This document shows positions 46,465-56,782 of a stretch of DNA of 64,000 nt, in pieces. This DNA comes from Alphaproteobacteria bacterium (GTDB taxonomy: Bacteria; Pseudomonadota; Alphaproteobacteria; UBA828), in the NCBI GenBank assembly GCA_965220745.1, contig CBDCQT010000007.1, positions 96,001 through 160,000 of the forward strand. Reading direction: 5' to 3'. The notes beneath the pieces are model-generated. The model was not told where the DNA came from, searched no databases, and saw only the letters and a program-made list of their open reading frames with translations. Numbering within the stretch: the stretch's first letter is position 1; each line of letters begins with the position of its first letter. A program made the position numbers and the translations under genes.

Positions 46465-46915
46465 GGGCCGCCCCTGTGGCCCACCGCACGAAAATGCCCA
46501 CCGCGGCTGAAGCCGGGCGGGCCCCAACGCTTTAGCCGCATTTGTAAAGCGCCCGCAAGCTGTCGCTCAAATCGGCGCTATGGAGCGTTACCTATGGGCG
46601 CCGGGTCGTCCTGTCAAGAGGCGGGCGGAAGAGCACCGCCGTCAACGAACCGGTTGCGAAGCTGCCGGTCAGGTGATGCACAGCCGGATGGCGGTCGTAT
46701 CCCAAGGTTACATCGTTGAGGGAAAAGGCCGCTGTCATGGCAGCCAACCCCTTGCCTAGGCCGCGGCGTCCCGGAGCAAGGCGGCAAGGCCACCGGCCCG
46801 GAGACGTCGAGCGACCACACCACTGCTGAGGAGCGAGACGGCGCGCCCGAGCCGCGCCTCATCCGCGGACCCGTTGATCCTCATCGGCCTACGCATTGAT
46901 GGGAAAATCCAACAT

Positions 46916-47821
46916 CTATGTCTCCGAGCCGGGTACGACGCCGCGCGGTAGACTCACGACGTGGTCCGCGATTTCGCCCGGCCGTGTGAACCACACATGC
47001 CCACTGTCAACGTGCGTCCGAATATGCTGAAGCGCGCGTCGGAGCTGGACCAACCGGAATGGCTGTCCGACGACAGGCGTATGGAGCGAGATTGCGCAGA
47101 CGAGCGGCTGTTGTGCCGATTGACGCAGCATTTCGTCGAACTGATCGACGATCAGGCCGGTAAAGTCAGCGGCCGTATGATGGCGGGTGAGCATGGCTGG
47201 CGCGTCATTGATCTCAACCGGATACGGCATCGCCAATAGCGGACCGGCACGCGTCGCGAGCCAGACCGGTTGGTCATCCAGCGGCCAATCGAGAACGTAG
47301 GAATAGCCTGCCTCCTTGAGCAGGTCGGGGGTGATCCCCGTTTCCGAAATTCACGGACCCAGCCAACCCCGTGGCGTATAGCCTTCATGTCGAGCGATCG
47401 TTGCGGTCGTCTCGGCGATCAGTGCGCGCTCGGCTGCTTCGTTGAGATCGCCCTGGCGTTCCGAATTCGTCCGACCGTGCGCGACGATCTCGTCACCACG
47501 TGCCCGAGCGCGATCGAGAATCTGTGGCGCATAGTCATAGACTGCAGAGTTGACCAGAAGGCAGGCCGGAATTTGCAATTCGTCGAAAAGATCGAAGAGT
47601 CTCCAGATGCCGACGCGCAGGCCGTAATCGCGCCAGGCAAAGTTCCTCATATCGGGCTGAGGTGTCGTATAGGACGGCGTATGACCGAGCCCCTCGCCGA
47701 AATGAAAGTGCTCCACATTGACGGCGACGTAGAAGGCAAGCCGCTTGCCACCGGGCCATTCGTAATGCGGTCGGCCAGAGATGGGACTATAGCGGTAGCG
47801 GCCGTGCGTTTTGAGGATCAT
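46916..47821 (-). pseudogene. Polysaccharide deacetylase (PuuE-like) gene with one in-frame TGA
   Basis: WPGGKRLA, WRDYGLRVGIWR, HG, GWLGP*ISET..DDQP..PYPVEIND..SLH; single frame of 302 codons broken only at 47351-47353. Confidence 0.85.
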
Positions 47822-47991
47822 TGCAGTTCACGCTCCGCCTGCTCGAACCAGCTAATTGCACGCGCAAGATGGGCCTCACCCCAGGTCGCAATGAACTTCT
47901 GCGTGCCGTGGTCAACGGGGTCGCGAAGCGCCGCGAGACGTTGTTCGACATAGGCCTGGGTGAACGAGATGCGGCAAAGCACGGTGATCAT
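47818..47991 (-). CDS. Small hypothetical protein or 3' remnant (57 aa)
   Basis: MITVLCRISFTQAYVEQRLAALRDPVDHGTQKFIATWGEAHLARAISWFEQAERELQ*; stop overlaps the deacetylase start (ATGA). Confidence 0.5.
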   Translation of the reverse strand: MITVLCRISFTQAYVEQRLAALRDPVDHGTQKFIATWGEAHLARAISWFEQAERELQ

Positions 47992-48143
47992 GAGAACGAC
48001 CTAAAGATTGAGGACGCACGCCCCGCCGCGTCGGCAATCGCACCAAGCGTTGCGGAAAGCGCCGGAACACGAAGAGCGCCCGGATGAATTGGAAGGTCCG
48101 TGCACGGGATCGGCGATCGGGCAAGGCGGGACGACGCGCATGT

Positions 48144-48704
48144 TCAGAACTCCCCCTCAAGGCGCTTGTATCCCTGAACGAGGGAGTTGTTGGTGCGCAC
48201 GACGTCCTCCGAGAACGCGGAGGCATCGGCGGTGACCTTCGGTATGGCGGCGAGGTCGGTGTGGGGTCCGATACGCTGTGTGGAGGGGACGCAGAGCCCG
48301 GCCGGCAGGTCACAGCCATCGACCACCGCGTTGTGGCCCACAACACAGCCTTCGCCCACCGCGCAGTCGAAGAGCACGCTGTTGAAGCCGATGAAGGCAC
48401 TGTCGCCGACCGCGCAGGGGCCGTGGACAATCGCGCGATGTGCGATCGACGTCCGCTCGCCGATGGTGACCGCCGCTCCGGACTTGGAGTGGATGACCAC
48501 GCCGTCCTGAATGTTCGAGTGCGCACCGATGACGATGGCCTCCATATGGCCGTGTGCGTCCACCTCGTCGGCGCGGATCACGGCATAGGGTCCGATGAAG
48601 ACGTTCGCATGGACGACCACGCGCCCACAGAGAATGGCCGTTGGATCGACAAAGGCGCTGTCATGGACAACCGGGAGATCGCCGCGTGGGTTCTTGCGGA
48701 TCAT
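48144..48704 (-). CDS. Gamma-class carbonic anhydrase family protein
   Basis: MIRKNPRGDLP, hexapeptide repeats, IRADE, NIQDGVVIH, IAHRAIVHG. Confidence 0.9.
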   Translation of the reverse strand: MIRKNPRGDLPVVHDSAFVDPTAILCGRVVVHANVFIGPYAVIRADEVDAHGHMEAIVIGAHSNIQDGVVIHSKSGAAVTIGERTSIAHRAIVHGPCAVGDSAFIGFNSVLFDCAVGEGCVVGHNAVVDGCDLPAGLCVPSTQRIGPHTDLAAIPKVTADASAFSEDVVRTNNSLVQGYKRLEGEF

Positions 48705-48770
48705 TCGGCCGGCGATTCCGTTTTCATGGCTGACATGGATTGAAGGCAGCGGGGACATCGCGGCATTGGC

Positions 48771-50153
48771 CTATCTGGCCTTTTGCCAAGCCGGGCCATC
48801 GGCCCGATCCTGAACCACCACGCCGAGGCCAGCGAGTTCGTCGCGGATCCGATCCGCGGTGGCGTAGTCTCGTGCCGATCGAGCGGCCAACCGTGCCTCA
48901 ACCAGTCGCCGGATCCTTGCCATCTCTCCGTCTTCTCCGGTGGGCTGTCCGAACCAAACCGCGGGATCCTCTTGCAGCAGGCCGAGCAGACCGCCGGCTT
49001 CGCGCAAGGCCGCTTTGTAAGCGGCACGTTCCGCCGCGGTCGTTGCCCGGCGCGCCGCCTTTGCTGTTCGGAAGAGTTCGGCGATTGCTCTTGGAAAATT
49101 CAGATCGTCCTCAAGGGCCGTCACGAACGCGTCCAGCAGGCCGAGCGGACAGGCAATATCGGGAGCATCGCCGAGATCGCGGAGCACGCCGTAAAGACGG
49201 TCGAGACCATGCCGCGCCTGAGCGAGTCCGTCCGTGCTCCAGTCGAGCGGCTGGCGATAGTGCGCTCCCAGCAGCGCGAAGCGGATGGCCTCACCCGGCG
49301 CCTCGTCGAGGAGATCGCGGACGAGAAGCACGTTGCCGAGCGACTTCGACATCTTCCGCCCCCGGACGGTGACGAAGCCGTTGTGGACCCAATGTCGGCA
49401 GTACGGCTCTCCGTCATGGGCGCAGGTGCCTTGGGCGATCTCGTTCTCGTGGTGCGGAAAGATCAGGTCTTGACCGCCGCCATGAATGTCGATCGACGCC
49501 CCCAGATGCCGCTTGATCATGGCCGAGCATTCGATATGCCAGCCGGGTCGCCCGCGGCCCCAGGGGCTCTCCCAGCCCGGCAGGTCTGGGGTCGAGGGCT
49601 TCCAGAGGACGAAGTCCGCCGGGTCTCGCTTGAAGGGGGCCACTTCCACCCGCGCACCGGCGATCATCTCATCGCGATTGCGGCCAGAGAGGGCGCCGTA
49701 AGCCGAAAACGAGGGCACATGGAACAGGACATGCCCCTCGACCGCATAGGCATGACCCCGCGCGATCAGCCGCTCCACCATGCCGATGATCTCGGCGATA
49801 TGCTCCGTCACGCGCGGCTCAAGGTCCGGCGTCAGGACCCCGAGCGCGGCCATGTCGGATTGGTAGGCCTCGATATAGCGATCAGTGACGAACGAGATCG
49901 TCTGGCCGGCCTCCTTCGCGGCGGCGTTGATCTTGTCGTCGACATCCGTGAAGTTGCGGGCGTAGACGACCCGCCCGAAGCGCCGCTTCAGGAGGCGATA
50001 CAGAACGTCGAACACGACCGCCGGGCGGGCATTGCCGATATGGGCGAAGTTGTAGACGGTCGGCCCGCAGACATACATCGTGACGTGATCGGGGTTCGCC
50101 GGCGCGAACGGCTCCTTCGTTCGCTTCAAGGTGTTGGTCAGGCTCAGCGTCAT
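48771..50153 (-). CDS. cysS: Cysteine-tRNA ligase (probable Zur-regulated paralog)
   Basis: [31 protein letters not shown]. Confidence 0.96.
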   Translation of the reverse strand: MTLSLTNTLKRTKEPFAPANPDHVTMYVCGPTVYNFAHIGNARPAVVFDVLYRLLKRRFGRVVYARNFTDVDDKINAAAKEAGQTISFVTDRYIEAYQSDMAALGVLTPDLEPRVTEHIAEIIGMVERLIARGHAYAVEGHVLFHVPSFSAYGALSGRNRDEMIAGARVEVAPFKRDPADFVLWKPSTPDLPGWESPWGRGRPGWHIECSAMIKRHLGASIDIHGGGQDLIFPHHENEIAQGTCAHDGEPYCRHWVHNGFVTVRGRKMSKSLGNVLLVRDLLDEAPGEAIRFALLGAHYRQPLDWSTDGLAQARHGLDRLYGVLRDLGDAPDIACPLGLLDAFVTALEDDLNFPRAIAELFRTAKAARRATTAAERAAYKAALREAGGLLGLLQEDPAVWFGQPTGEDGEMARIRRLVEARLAARSARDYATADRIRDELAGLGVVVQDRADGPAWQKAR

Positions 50154-50473
50154 CTTCGCGCCTCGAACATTGCGATGTCGCTGTCGCCCGCCTCGACGGG
50201 CAGGATTTTCGGCTGCCGGATGGTGCAGCAGAGGCAGCCGCTCGACATCTCGATGACGACGTCATCTTTGCTGTGCGTCACGAGGTCGTGGTCGAGGCCG
50301 GTCTCGCCGAACTCGTTGATGAGCACGAGTGTCCGGCTCAGCGCGGGTTGCTGGATCAGATAATTGAGGACAGTCGTCTTGCCGCTGCCCAAGAACCCGG
50401 TCAGCACCGAGATCGGCAGACGCTGCGATGATCCGTCGAGATTCCAGCTTTCCATGGCCCCCCTCTTGCCCAT
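50150..50473 (-). pseudogene. Truncated COG0523 GTPase N-terminus fused to an unrelated 3' tail
   Basis: GFLGSGKTT, INEFG, GCLCC, then similarity ends after ~80 aa. Confidence 0.85.
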
Positions 50474-50977
50474 TCAGGCCGCGCCGGCCGCGATGCAACT
50501 CGCGCAGGTGCCCTCCACCTCGACCACGCGTCGCGTCACCCGGTACCCCAGGACGGCGGCATCCTCGGCAAGCAGCTGCTCGACCCGCAAATCCTCCGAT
50601 TCGGCCGACGCCCCGCAGTTGCTACAAATGAAGAACAGGCAATCATGCCGGCGCTCCGGATGCGCGCAGGGGACGTAAGCATTCCGGCTTTCGATCTTCG
50701 AGACGAGCCCTGGGCCATCAGGAACTCAAGCGCCCGGTAGACGGTGGGCGGCCAGACCGGGCGGGAGCCCCGAAGCTTGAAGGCTTCGATCAGTTCATAG
50801 GCGCCCGTCGGGCGACCGCTCGCCCAGAGCAGTTCCAGTATCTGGCGCCGCAGCTCTGTAAGCTGTACCCCGCGCGCTGCAGAGGGACATCGCCAGCGCA
50901 GCCCGTTCAGCCGGCGCATGCTGCCCGCGGCAGTTGGAATCGCTGCAGGGCCGAGGCTGGGTCGACGGGAGCGTCAT
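50474..50977 (-). pseudogene. Second Zur/Fur-family regulator copy with two frameshifts
   Basis: Colinear with 59801-60307 across three frames (ELLWASGRPTGAYELI, PTVYRALEFL, CAHPE..CLFFIC..C, CxxC); single-base losses near 50868 and 50708. Confidence 0.85.
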
Positions 50978-51006
50978 CGGCTTGATCTCTATTGCGCTTT
51001 GAATAC

Positions 51007-51029
51007 GAAACGCTATAACGTTGCGTTAA
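51007..51029. promoter_or_regulatory. Degenerate Zur box in the pseudo-zur/hisI divergon
   Basis: GAAACGCTATAACGTTGCGTTAA: left half 9/11 to GAAATGTTATA, right half weak. Confidence 0.55.
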
Positions 51030-51128
51030 TCGATTGCAAGCGCCCAGCCCCCTTGGAAGCCGGGCGTGGCCGCCGGAAAGGGTTTGTCATGGACACAGCG
51101 GTGGTCGGAAGCCCCAGGAGCGGCTCCG

Positions 51129-51632
51129 ATGGCTCCTGACAAATCCGTTCCGGCAGCCGTCGCCGCCTTGGCTGCCCGGACGACGGTCGAGCAGGTCGAG
51201 GAAGGCCTCGCCTCGGCACCCAAATTCGACGCCGACGGACTGATCCCCTGCATCACGACCGACGCCAACACGGGCGAAGTGTTGATGCTGGGCTACATGA
51301 ATGGCGAGGCTCTACAGCGAACGATCGCGACCGGCGAAGCGCACTACTGGAGCCGAAGCCGCCAGTGCCTTTGGTGCAAGGGCGCGACCAGTGGCCTCGT
51401 CCAAGAGGTTGTCGAGATGCGCATCGACGACGACCAGGACGCCGTCTGGCTGCGCGTCCGGGTCGCCGGTTCGGGCGCCAGTTGTCACGTCGGATACCGT
51501 TCCTGCTTCTACCGGTCGGTTGAGCTCGGCGTCTACTCCGATGGACCTGCGCGGCTCGTGTTCACGGAGTCGCGGAAATCATTTGATCCGAAGGACGTCT
51601 ACGGTGACGCGCCGAATCCGACGCGGCTTTGA
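51129..51632 (+). CDS. hisI: Phosphoribosyl-AMP cyclohydrolase paralog
   Basis: [46 protein letters not shown]. Confidence 0.92.
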   Translation: MAPDKSVPAAVAALAARTTVEQVEEGLASAPKFDADGLIPCITTDANTGEVLMLGYMNGEALQRTIATGEAHYWSRSRQCLWCKGATSGLVQEVVEMRIDDDQDAVWLRVRVAGSGASCHVGYRSCFYRSVELGVYSDGPARLVFTESRKSFDPKDVYGDAPNPTRL

Positions 51633-51881
51633 AGGTCTCCAACGAGCCACGCGGCGCTCCCACGCCCGAGGCGCCCGTGCCCGCCGGCTGCTCGTTCTGG
51701 GCATTGGTTGCGAGGCAGAGCCTGACCGCGTCTGCTGCCGACCACCCTCGAGCAATGCGGCAAGGGCGACGTCACGGCGAAAGGCGCGGTCGCCGGTGTT
51801 CAGACCGGCCGCTTTCCTCAGCTCTACGCGGCGCTCGCACCCAGCGCCCCCGACGTCGCAATCACGCTCTGAAGAATTGCC

Positions 51882-53111
51882 ATGACCCAGCCCCTGGAAC
51901 GACCCACTCTGCCCGTCACCGTACTTTCCGGCTTCCTCGGCGCCGGCAAGACCACGCTGATGAACCACATCCTTAACAACCGCGAAGGCAAGCGCGTCGC
52001 GGTCATCGTCAACGACATGAGCGAGGTGAACATCGACGCCGATCTCATCCGTGACGGCGGCGCAGATCTGAGCCACACCGAAGAGACTCTGGTCGAAATG
52101 ACCAATGGCTGCATCTGCTGCACGTTGCGCGATGACCTTCTCAAAGAGGTGCGTCGGCTCGCTCAGGATGGCCGGTTCGACTACCTTCTCATCGAATCGA
52201 CCGGCATTTCCGAGCCGCTGCCCGTAGCGGCCACCTTCAACTTCCGGACGGAAGAGGGCGAGAGCCTGAAGGATGTCTCGCGCCTCGATACGATGGTGAC
52301 CGTGGTCGATGCCGCAAACCTCCTGCGCGACTACGCATCAACCGATTTCCTCAAGGACCGGGGCGAGGCGCTGGGCGAGGAGGACAACCGCGCGCTGGTC
52401 AATCTGCTCGTCGATCAGATCGAATTCGCCGACGTCATCATTCTGAACAAGATCGATGCGGCAAGGCCCGAACAGCTCGATGCTGCGCGCAAGATCATCC
52501 GGTCGCTCAACACCGATGCGGAACTCATCGAGACCAGCATGTCCCGTGTGTCGCTGGACAAGGTGCTGAACACCGGCCGGTTCGACCATGACAAGGCGCA
52601 GGAACACCCGCTTTGGTTCAAGGAGCTATACGGCTTCGCCGAGCACAAGCCGGAGACCGAGGAATATGGGGTGCGCAGCTTCGTGTATCAGGCACGCCGT
52701 CCCTTTCATCCCGAGAAATTCCACGCCTTCATCAACTCGTCGTGGCCGGGGGTCATTCGTGCCAAGGGGCGCTTCTGGCTGGCCAACCGTCCTGAATGGG
52801 TCGGCGAGTTGAGCCAGGCCGGCGCGCTTGTCCGCCACAGGGCCGTGGGCTTCTGGTGGGCGAACGCCCCCAAGGAACACTGGCCCGATCACCCGGAATG
52901 GCGTCGGAACATCGCCGAATCCTGGGATCCCGTCTACGGAGACCGCCACCAGGAAATCGTTTTCATCGGCACTGACATGGACGAGGCCGCGATCCGACGC
53001 CGGCTCGACGCCTGCCTTGTCGGCGATGCAAACGCCAAAGCCATGCAGCCTGCTGCCTGGAAAAAGCTCAAGGATCCGTTCCCAGCCTGGAAGCGGGCCG
53101 AGCCGTCATGA
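51882..53111 (+). CDS. COG0523 zinc metallochaperone GTPase (YciC/ZigA type)
   Basis: [32 protein letters not shown], CobW_C domain ([15 protein letters not shown]). Confidence 0.93.
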   Translation: MTQPLERPTLPVTVLSGFLGAGKTTLMNHILNNREGKRVAVIVNDMSEVNIDADLIRDGGADLSHTEETLVEMTNGCICCTLRDDLLKEVRRLAQDGRFDYLLIESTGISEPLPVAATFNFRTEEGESLKDVSRLDTMVTVVDAANLLRDYASTDFLKDRGEALGEEDNRALVNLLVDQIEFADVIILNKIDAARPEQLDAARKIIRSLNTDAELIETSMSRVSLDKVLNTGRFDHDKAQEHPLWFKELYGFAEHKPETEEYGVRSFVYQARRPFHPEKFHAFINSSWPGVIRAKGRFWLANRPEWVGELSQAGALVRHRAVGFWWANAPKEHWPDHPEWRRNIAESWDPVYGDRHQEIVFIGTDMDEAAIRRRLDACLVGDANAKAMQPAAWKKLKDPFPAWKRAEPS

Positions 53112-53821
53112 CCGTTCCGTCGGTATCCCTGGAAGGTGAGTCCGTTAGGACCTCCGCCACGTTGGGCGTGGGCATCGCGACGTGCGACGCAGCGCAAGGC
53201 CTCGCCGCCATCAACAAGCCCGACATGGAGCTCGTGATCTGGCGGCGCGCGCTTCCCATGTGCCTGCAGACCTGGCTCGACCGAATGGATGCTTCGTGTC
53301 TACCTGACCTGCGTATTCTTGTCCGGCCCGGCGACCTTCGACGTGCGGTGGAACCGCATTTGGACGAAATTGGTATGCCTGCCGGAGACATGCGCGACCT
53401 GCTGGTCGGGGACGTCGATGATCTCGTCTCGGCTTTTGCTGGCATCGCCCGAAGTGATCTCGTTGATGTAAGGCTGGCGCGCGTCAGCCACGATTCTTGC
53501 TGGAAGTTCCACCGGGACTACGTGGAGGCGCGCCTCCTGACAACGTACCGCGGTCCCGGCACCGAGTGGGTCCAACCGATCCACGCCGAGCGGGCATTGC
53601 GCGCACAGAAGCGGTTCAAAGAACCGTTAGAGCACATCCGTGGCAACGACGTGGCGATATTCAAGGGAAACTGCGCCGGACCAGGCAGCGGAATCGTGCA
53701 CCGCTCGCCGCCCATCGCGGGCACTGGCTGCACGCGATTGCTGCTCGCCCTCAACAAGCGATCGGACGCATCTCCGGAGCCGTGGCCGAGAGGCGTTGAG
53801 CACGAGACGCTACCATCATGA
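53108..53821 (+). CDS. DUF1826 family protein
   Basis: [35 protein letters not shown]; coupled to COG0523. Confidence 0.85.
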   Translation: MTVPSVSLEGESVRTSATLGVGIATCDAAQGLAAINKPDMELVIWRRALPMCLQTWLDRMDASCLPDLRILVRPGDLRRAVEPHLDEIGMPAGDMRDLLVGDVDDLVSAFAGIARSDLVDVRLARVSHDSCWKFHRDYVEARLLTTYRGPGTEWVQPIHAERALRAQKRFKEPLEHIRGNDVAIFKGNCAGPGSGIVHRSPPIAGTGCTRLLLALNKRSDASPEPWPRGVEHETLPS

Positions 53822-54237
53822 ATGTTGAGCTACCGACCATTTCGGTATGCACGCGCTGTCGACCGCAGGGCTGGCCAGACACTGCAAACCGCGAGCGCCC
53901 TGGCGCGGTGCTGGCGAGTACATTGCAACTGTCCCTATCTGATGCAGTATTGCCGCCGCCTTTCAATCTGCGCCGCGTACGCTGCATGAGTCAGTGTTTG
54001 CGCCCCTGCGTTATTGCGTTCTCGCATCGCGACCGATTCACATACCTGTTCGGCGACCTGGATCCGGCACGCCACGTCGACGATATTCTCGTAGCAGTCC
54101 GGATGTGGCTGTCGCGAAGCGATGGGTTCGTGGAGCGTAACAAGCGGCCCCCGAGCATGCGAAGCGGCATCCTGGCGCGTATTCCGCCGCTCGATTGCAC
54201 CCACGAATTGATAGAGGGCCAGACTCCCTTCTCCTGA
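53818..54237 (+). CDS. DUF1636 family Cys-rich protein
   Basis: VCTRC, CMSQCLRPC, YLFGDLDP, ILARIPP. Confidence 0.82.
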   Translation: MNVELPTISVCTRCRPQGWPDTANRERPGAVLASTLQLSLSDAVLPPPFNLRRVRCMSQCLRPCVIAFSHRDRFTYLFGDLDPARHVDDILVAVRMWLSRSDGFVERNKRPPSMRSGILARIPPLDCTHELIEGQTPFS

Positions 54238-54355
54238 ACCGATGCGGGCTAGGCGGGTGGGTGCGCTTCAGCAAGAATTCCATTGGCTCCCGCCGGCAAA
54301 ATAGATGCCGCCAGAAACTGGGTTCATGGATCGTGAATAGTGATCGTCGACCGTT

Positions 54356-54565
54356 TCATTCGTGTTCCAATGGCGTGCGCTGTCCGAGCTTCACCAGGCG
54401 CCGTGCGAGTTCCCGTTCAAGCCGGCTTCGGCGGAACGGTGTGAGCTTGAGCCAGTCTCCGATCTCGGCGGCGGTCCTGCCACAGCCCAGGCACCACCCC
54501 GTCTTCGGGTCGAGACGGCAGACGTCGATGCATGGGGATTGCGCGCGTCTTGCCTTCCGTCTCAT
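54356..54565 (-). CDS. DUF1289 family small Cys-rich protein
   Basis: SPCIDVCRLD..WCLGCGRTAAEIGDW. Confidence 0.85.
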   Translation of the reverse strand: MRRKARRAQSPCIDVCRLDPKTGWCLGCGRTAAEIGDWLKLTPFRRSRLERELARRLVKLGQRTPLEHE

Positions 54566-54598
54566 GGAAGAACCTCGATTGGAGTTCCCTGTTCGCGC

Positions 54599-55654
54599 TC
54601 ATGATGGAGTCCGCCAGTCGGAAAGGCTAATTCGACCGACAAAGCCGCCCTCGGTACCGAGTGCGAGATGCTGTCCATCTGCCGACCAGGCGAGCGCGGT
54701 CACAGCGCCCTTGCCGGGTCGCTTGACCACAACCGGATGATCGCGGTCGATCTGCACGAGGATGGTGGCACCGTCCTCGTATCCGGCGGCGACAACGTCA
54801 TGCCGGGGGTGGGCAGCCACCACCGTCACCACACCCTCGAAGCCCCACCCGAGGTCGAGCGCCGCCTTGCCCAGTGGGCCGCCCTTGCCGTGGAATGGCC
54901 AACAAACCACGGACTCCGCGCCGCCGGTCGCCAGATATCTTCCCTTCGGCAGCCAGCTCATCGACTTGACCTTCGTCGGGTAGCCAGGCATCTGCATATC
55001 GGTGCTGTCGGAGACACGCCAGCCGTGCAGCAAGTTCTCCTGCATTGCGGTGACGATGTATTTCCCGTCCGGGCTCCAGGTCAGACTAAGGTGCGAACCC
55101 GACCAGCTAAGTCGTTTGGGTTTCTGCGTGCTGGGCTTCGCCCACCAGAGGCTGACTCCGCCGTAGTGCGCGGCGGCGATCCGCCGCCCTTTCGGGTCGA
55201 ATGCCAGACCGCCGACCGTGTTTGCATGATCGAACGTTCCAACCGCACTTCCATCTTGCGCGAAAAGGGAAACTGTCTTGCCGAAGACCGCAGCGCATAG
55301 TCCGGATGCCCTGCTCACGGCAATCGGCTCGACCCATCGCCCCGTAATGGCTGCGATTTCGGTGGTCTCGCCGTCGGTATCGGTGCTCACCAGCCGAGCA
55401 TCGTCTCCGCCTGTCAGAACGCGCTGCTCCCCCAGGTCGACGGCCAGCGAAAGACAAGCCCCGTCATGCACGGAAACGAAAGACGGAGGTGTCTCGCTCT
55501 CGCTGCTGATGAACGCGACCCGGCCGTCCCCGAGTGCAGCCGCGAGCAGTCCCTCCTCAAGGAACGCGACGCCCACCACATAAGCGTCGAGCGAGCGGCC
55601 GGTGCCGATGCGATCGAGCAGCGACGTCTTGTCCAGCTCAGCGGACAAGCTCAT
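54599..55654 (-). CDS. WD40-repeat beta-propeller protein
   Basis: Repeats such as LAFDPKG, LTWSPDG, MSWLPKG, LAWSADG; no signal peptide; ATGA-coupled to the upstream COG0523. Confidence 0.85.
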   Translation of the reverse strand: MSLSAELDKTSLLDRIGTGRSLDAYVVGVAFLEEGLLAAALGDGRVAFISSESETPPSFVSVHDGACLSLAVDLGEQRVLTGGDDARLVSTDTDGETTEIAAITGRWVEPIAVSRASGLCAAVFGKTVSLFAQDGSAVGTFDHANTVGGLAFDPKGRRIAAAHYGGVSLWWAKPSTQKPKRLSWSGSHLSLTWSPDGKYIVTAMQENLLHGWRVSDSTDMQMPGYPTKVKSMSWLPKGRYLATGGAESVVCWPFHGKGGPLGKAALDLGWGFEGVVTVVAAHPRHDVVAAGYEDGATILVQIDRDHPVVVKRPGKGAVTALAWSADGQHLALGTEGGFVGRISLSDWRTPS

Positions 55655-56607
55655 GCGATGCAGGCGTCGAACTGCTGACGCAGCTCCAGCTCATCGATGT
55701 TTCGTCCGATGAAGACCAAGCGACTCTCTCGTTTCTCGTTAGGGCTCCACGGCTTCGTGAAATTACCTTCCATCAGCATATGGACCGCCTGGACGACAAA
55801 CTGCTTGTCCTGATCGGCGATCGACAGGATCCCTTTGGTTCGCAGAAAGTCTTGACCACGCTCGGCGAGTAGGCGCTGCAACCACCCTGTGAGGCGGGTT
55901 CCGTCCAACGGCCGGTCGGTGCGCAGGCAGACGCTCTTCACGGCATCGTCGTGTTCATGGTCGTCTTCCGAAAGAAAGTCCGGCTCGATCGCCAGGATGC
56001 GATCAAGATCGAAGGCTCGGCGCCCCAGAACCGTGTCGAGACCCACCTCGCATCGCTGCGTGCGATGGATAACCGCCGTCGCATTGATCGAACGGATGCG
56101 CGTTTCCACCTGCGCCAGCTCATCGGCCGGCACAAGATCCGTCTTGTTGAGAAGGATGACGTCGGCAAAGGCAATCTGTTCCAGCGCCTCATGGCTGTCT
56201 TCCAGCCGCCGGACGACATGGCGGGCGTCGACCACCGTTACGATCGAATCGAGCCAGGTCCGTCGCCGAACGTCTTCGTCCACGAAGAAGGTCTGGGCGA
56301 CGGGCGCGGGATCGGCAAGGCCCGTGGTCTCGATGAGGATTCCATCGAAGCCGTCTTGCCGTTTCATCAAACCGCCAAGGATGCGAATCAGATCCCCGCG
56401 TACGGTGCAGCAGATGCAACCGTTGTTCATCTCGAACACTTCCTCGTCGGCGTTGACCACGAGGTCGTTGTCGATGCCGATTTCGCCGAACTCGTTGACG
56501 ACCACGGCGTATTTCTTGCCGTGCTCCTCGGTCAGGATGCGGTTCAGGAGCGTTGTCTTGCCGGCGCCGAGATAGCCGGTCAGAACGGTAACGGGGATCT
56601 GGTTCAT
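55651..56607 (-). CDS. COG0523/CobW-family GTPase
   Basis: GYLGAGKTT, VNEFG, GCICC, ETTGLADP, NKTD, RTKG, VFIG. Confidence 0.93.
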   Translation of the reverse strand: MNQIPVTVLTGYLGAGKTTLLNRILTEEHGKKYAVVVNEFGEIGIDNDLVVNADEEVFEMNNGCICCTVRGDLIRILGGLMKRQDGFDGILIETTGLADPAPVAQTFFVDEDVRRRTWLDSIVTVVDARHVVRRLEDSHEALEQIAFADVILLNKTDLVPADELAQVETRIRSINATAVIHRTQRCEVGLDTVLGRRAFDLDRILAIEPDFLSEDDHEHDDAVKSVCLRTDRPLDGTRLTGWLQRLLAERGQDFLRTKGILSIADQDKQFVVQAVHMLMEGNFTKPWSPNEKRESRLVFIGRNIDELELRQQFDACIA

Positions 56608-56782
56608 GGATTCCGTCTCCTTCAATCTTTGAAGCCGTTCGGTCGCACCCAGCGGCCTCTATTCCGTTCGTAGATGCTGGCTGAAAGCGCTGTTCGGGAC
56701 ACGACCTCATGCGTGGTGTGCCGACCTGTCCCTCTCGTCCCTGGAAGTCCGGCGTCCCGGCTTTCGAAGGCTGCGCCCAGCC

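Noticed and set aside
46640-46830. Canonical cobalamin, SAM-II or SAH riboswitch for metH
   Set aside because: Core motifs (GCCCCCGCAACTGT, GCCACTG, full B12 box) are missing and the orientation is away from metH; kept only as an unassigned candidate
47351-47353. Selenocysteine recoding of the in-frame TGA
   Set aside because: Context suggests a Trp rather than a Cys position and I saw no convincing SECIS; nonsense mutation is simpler
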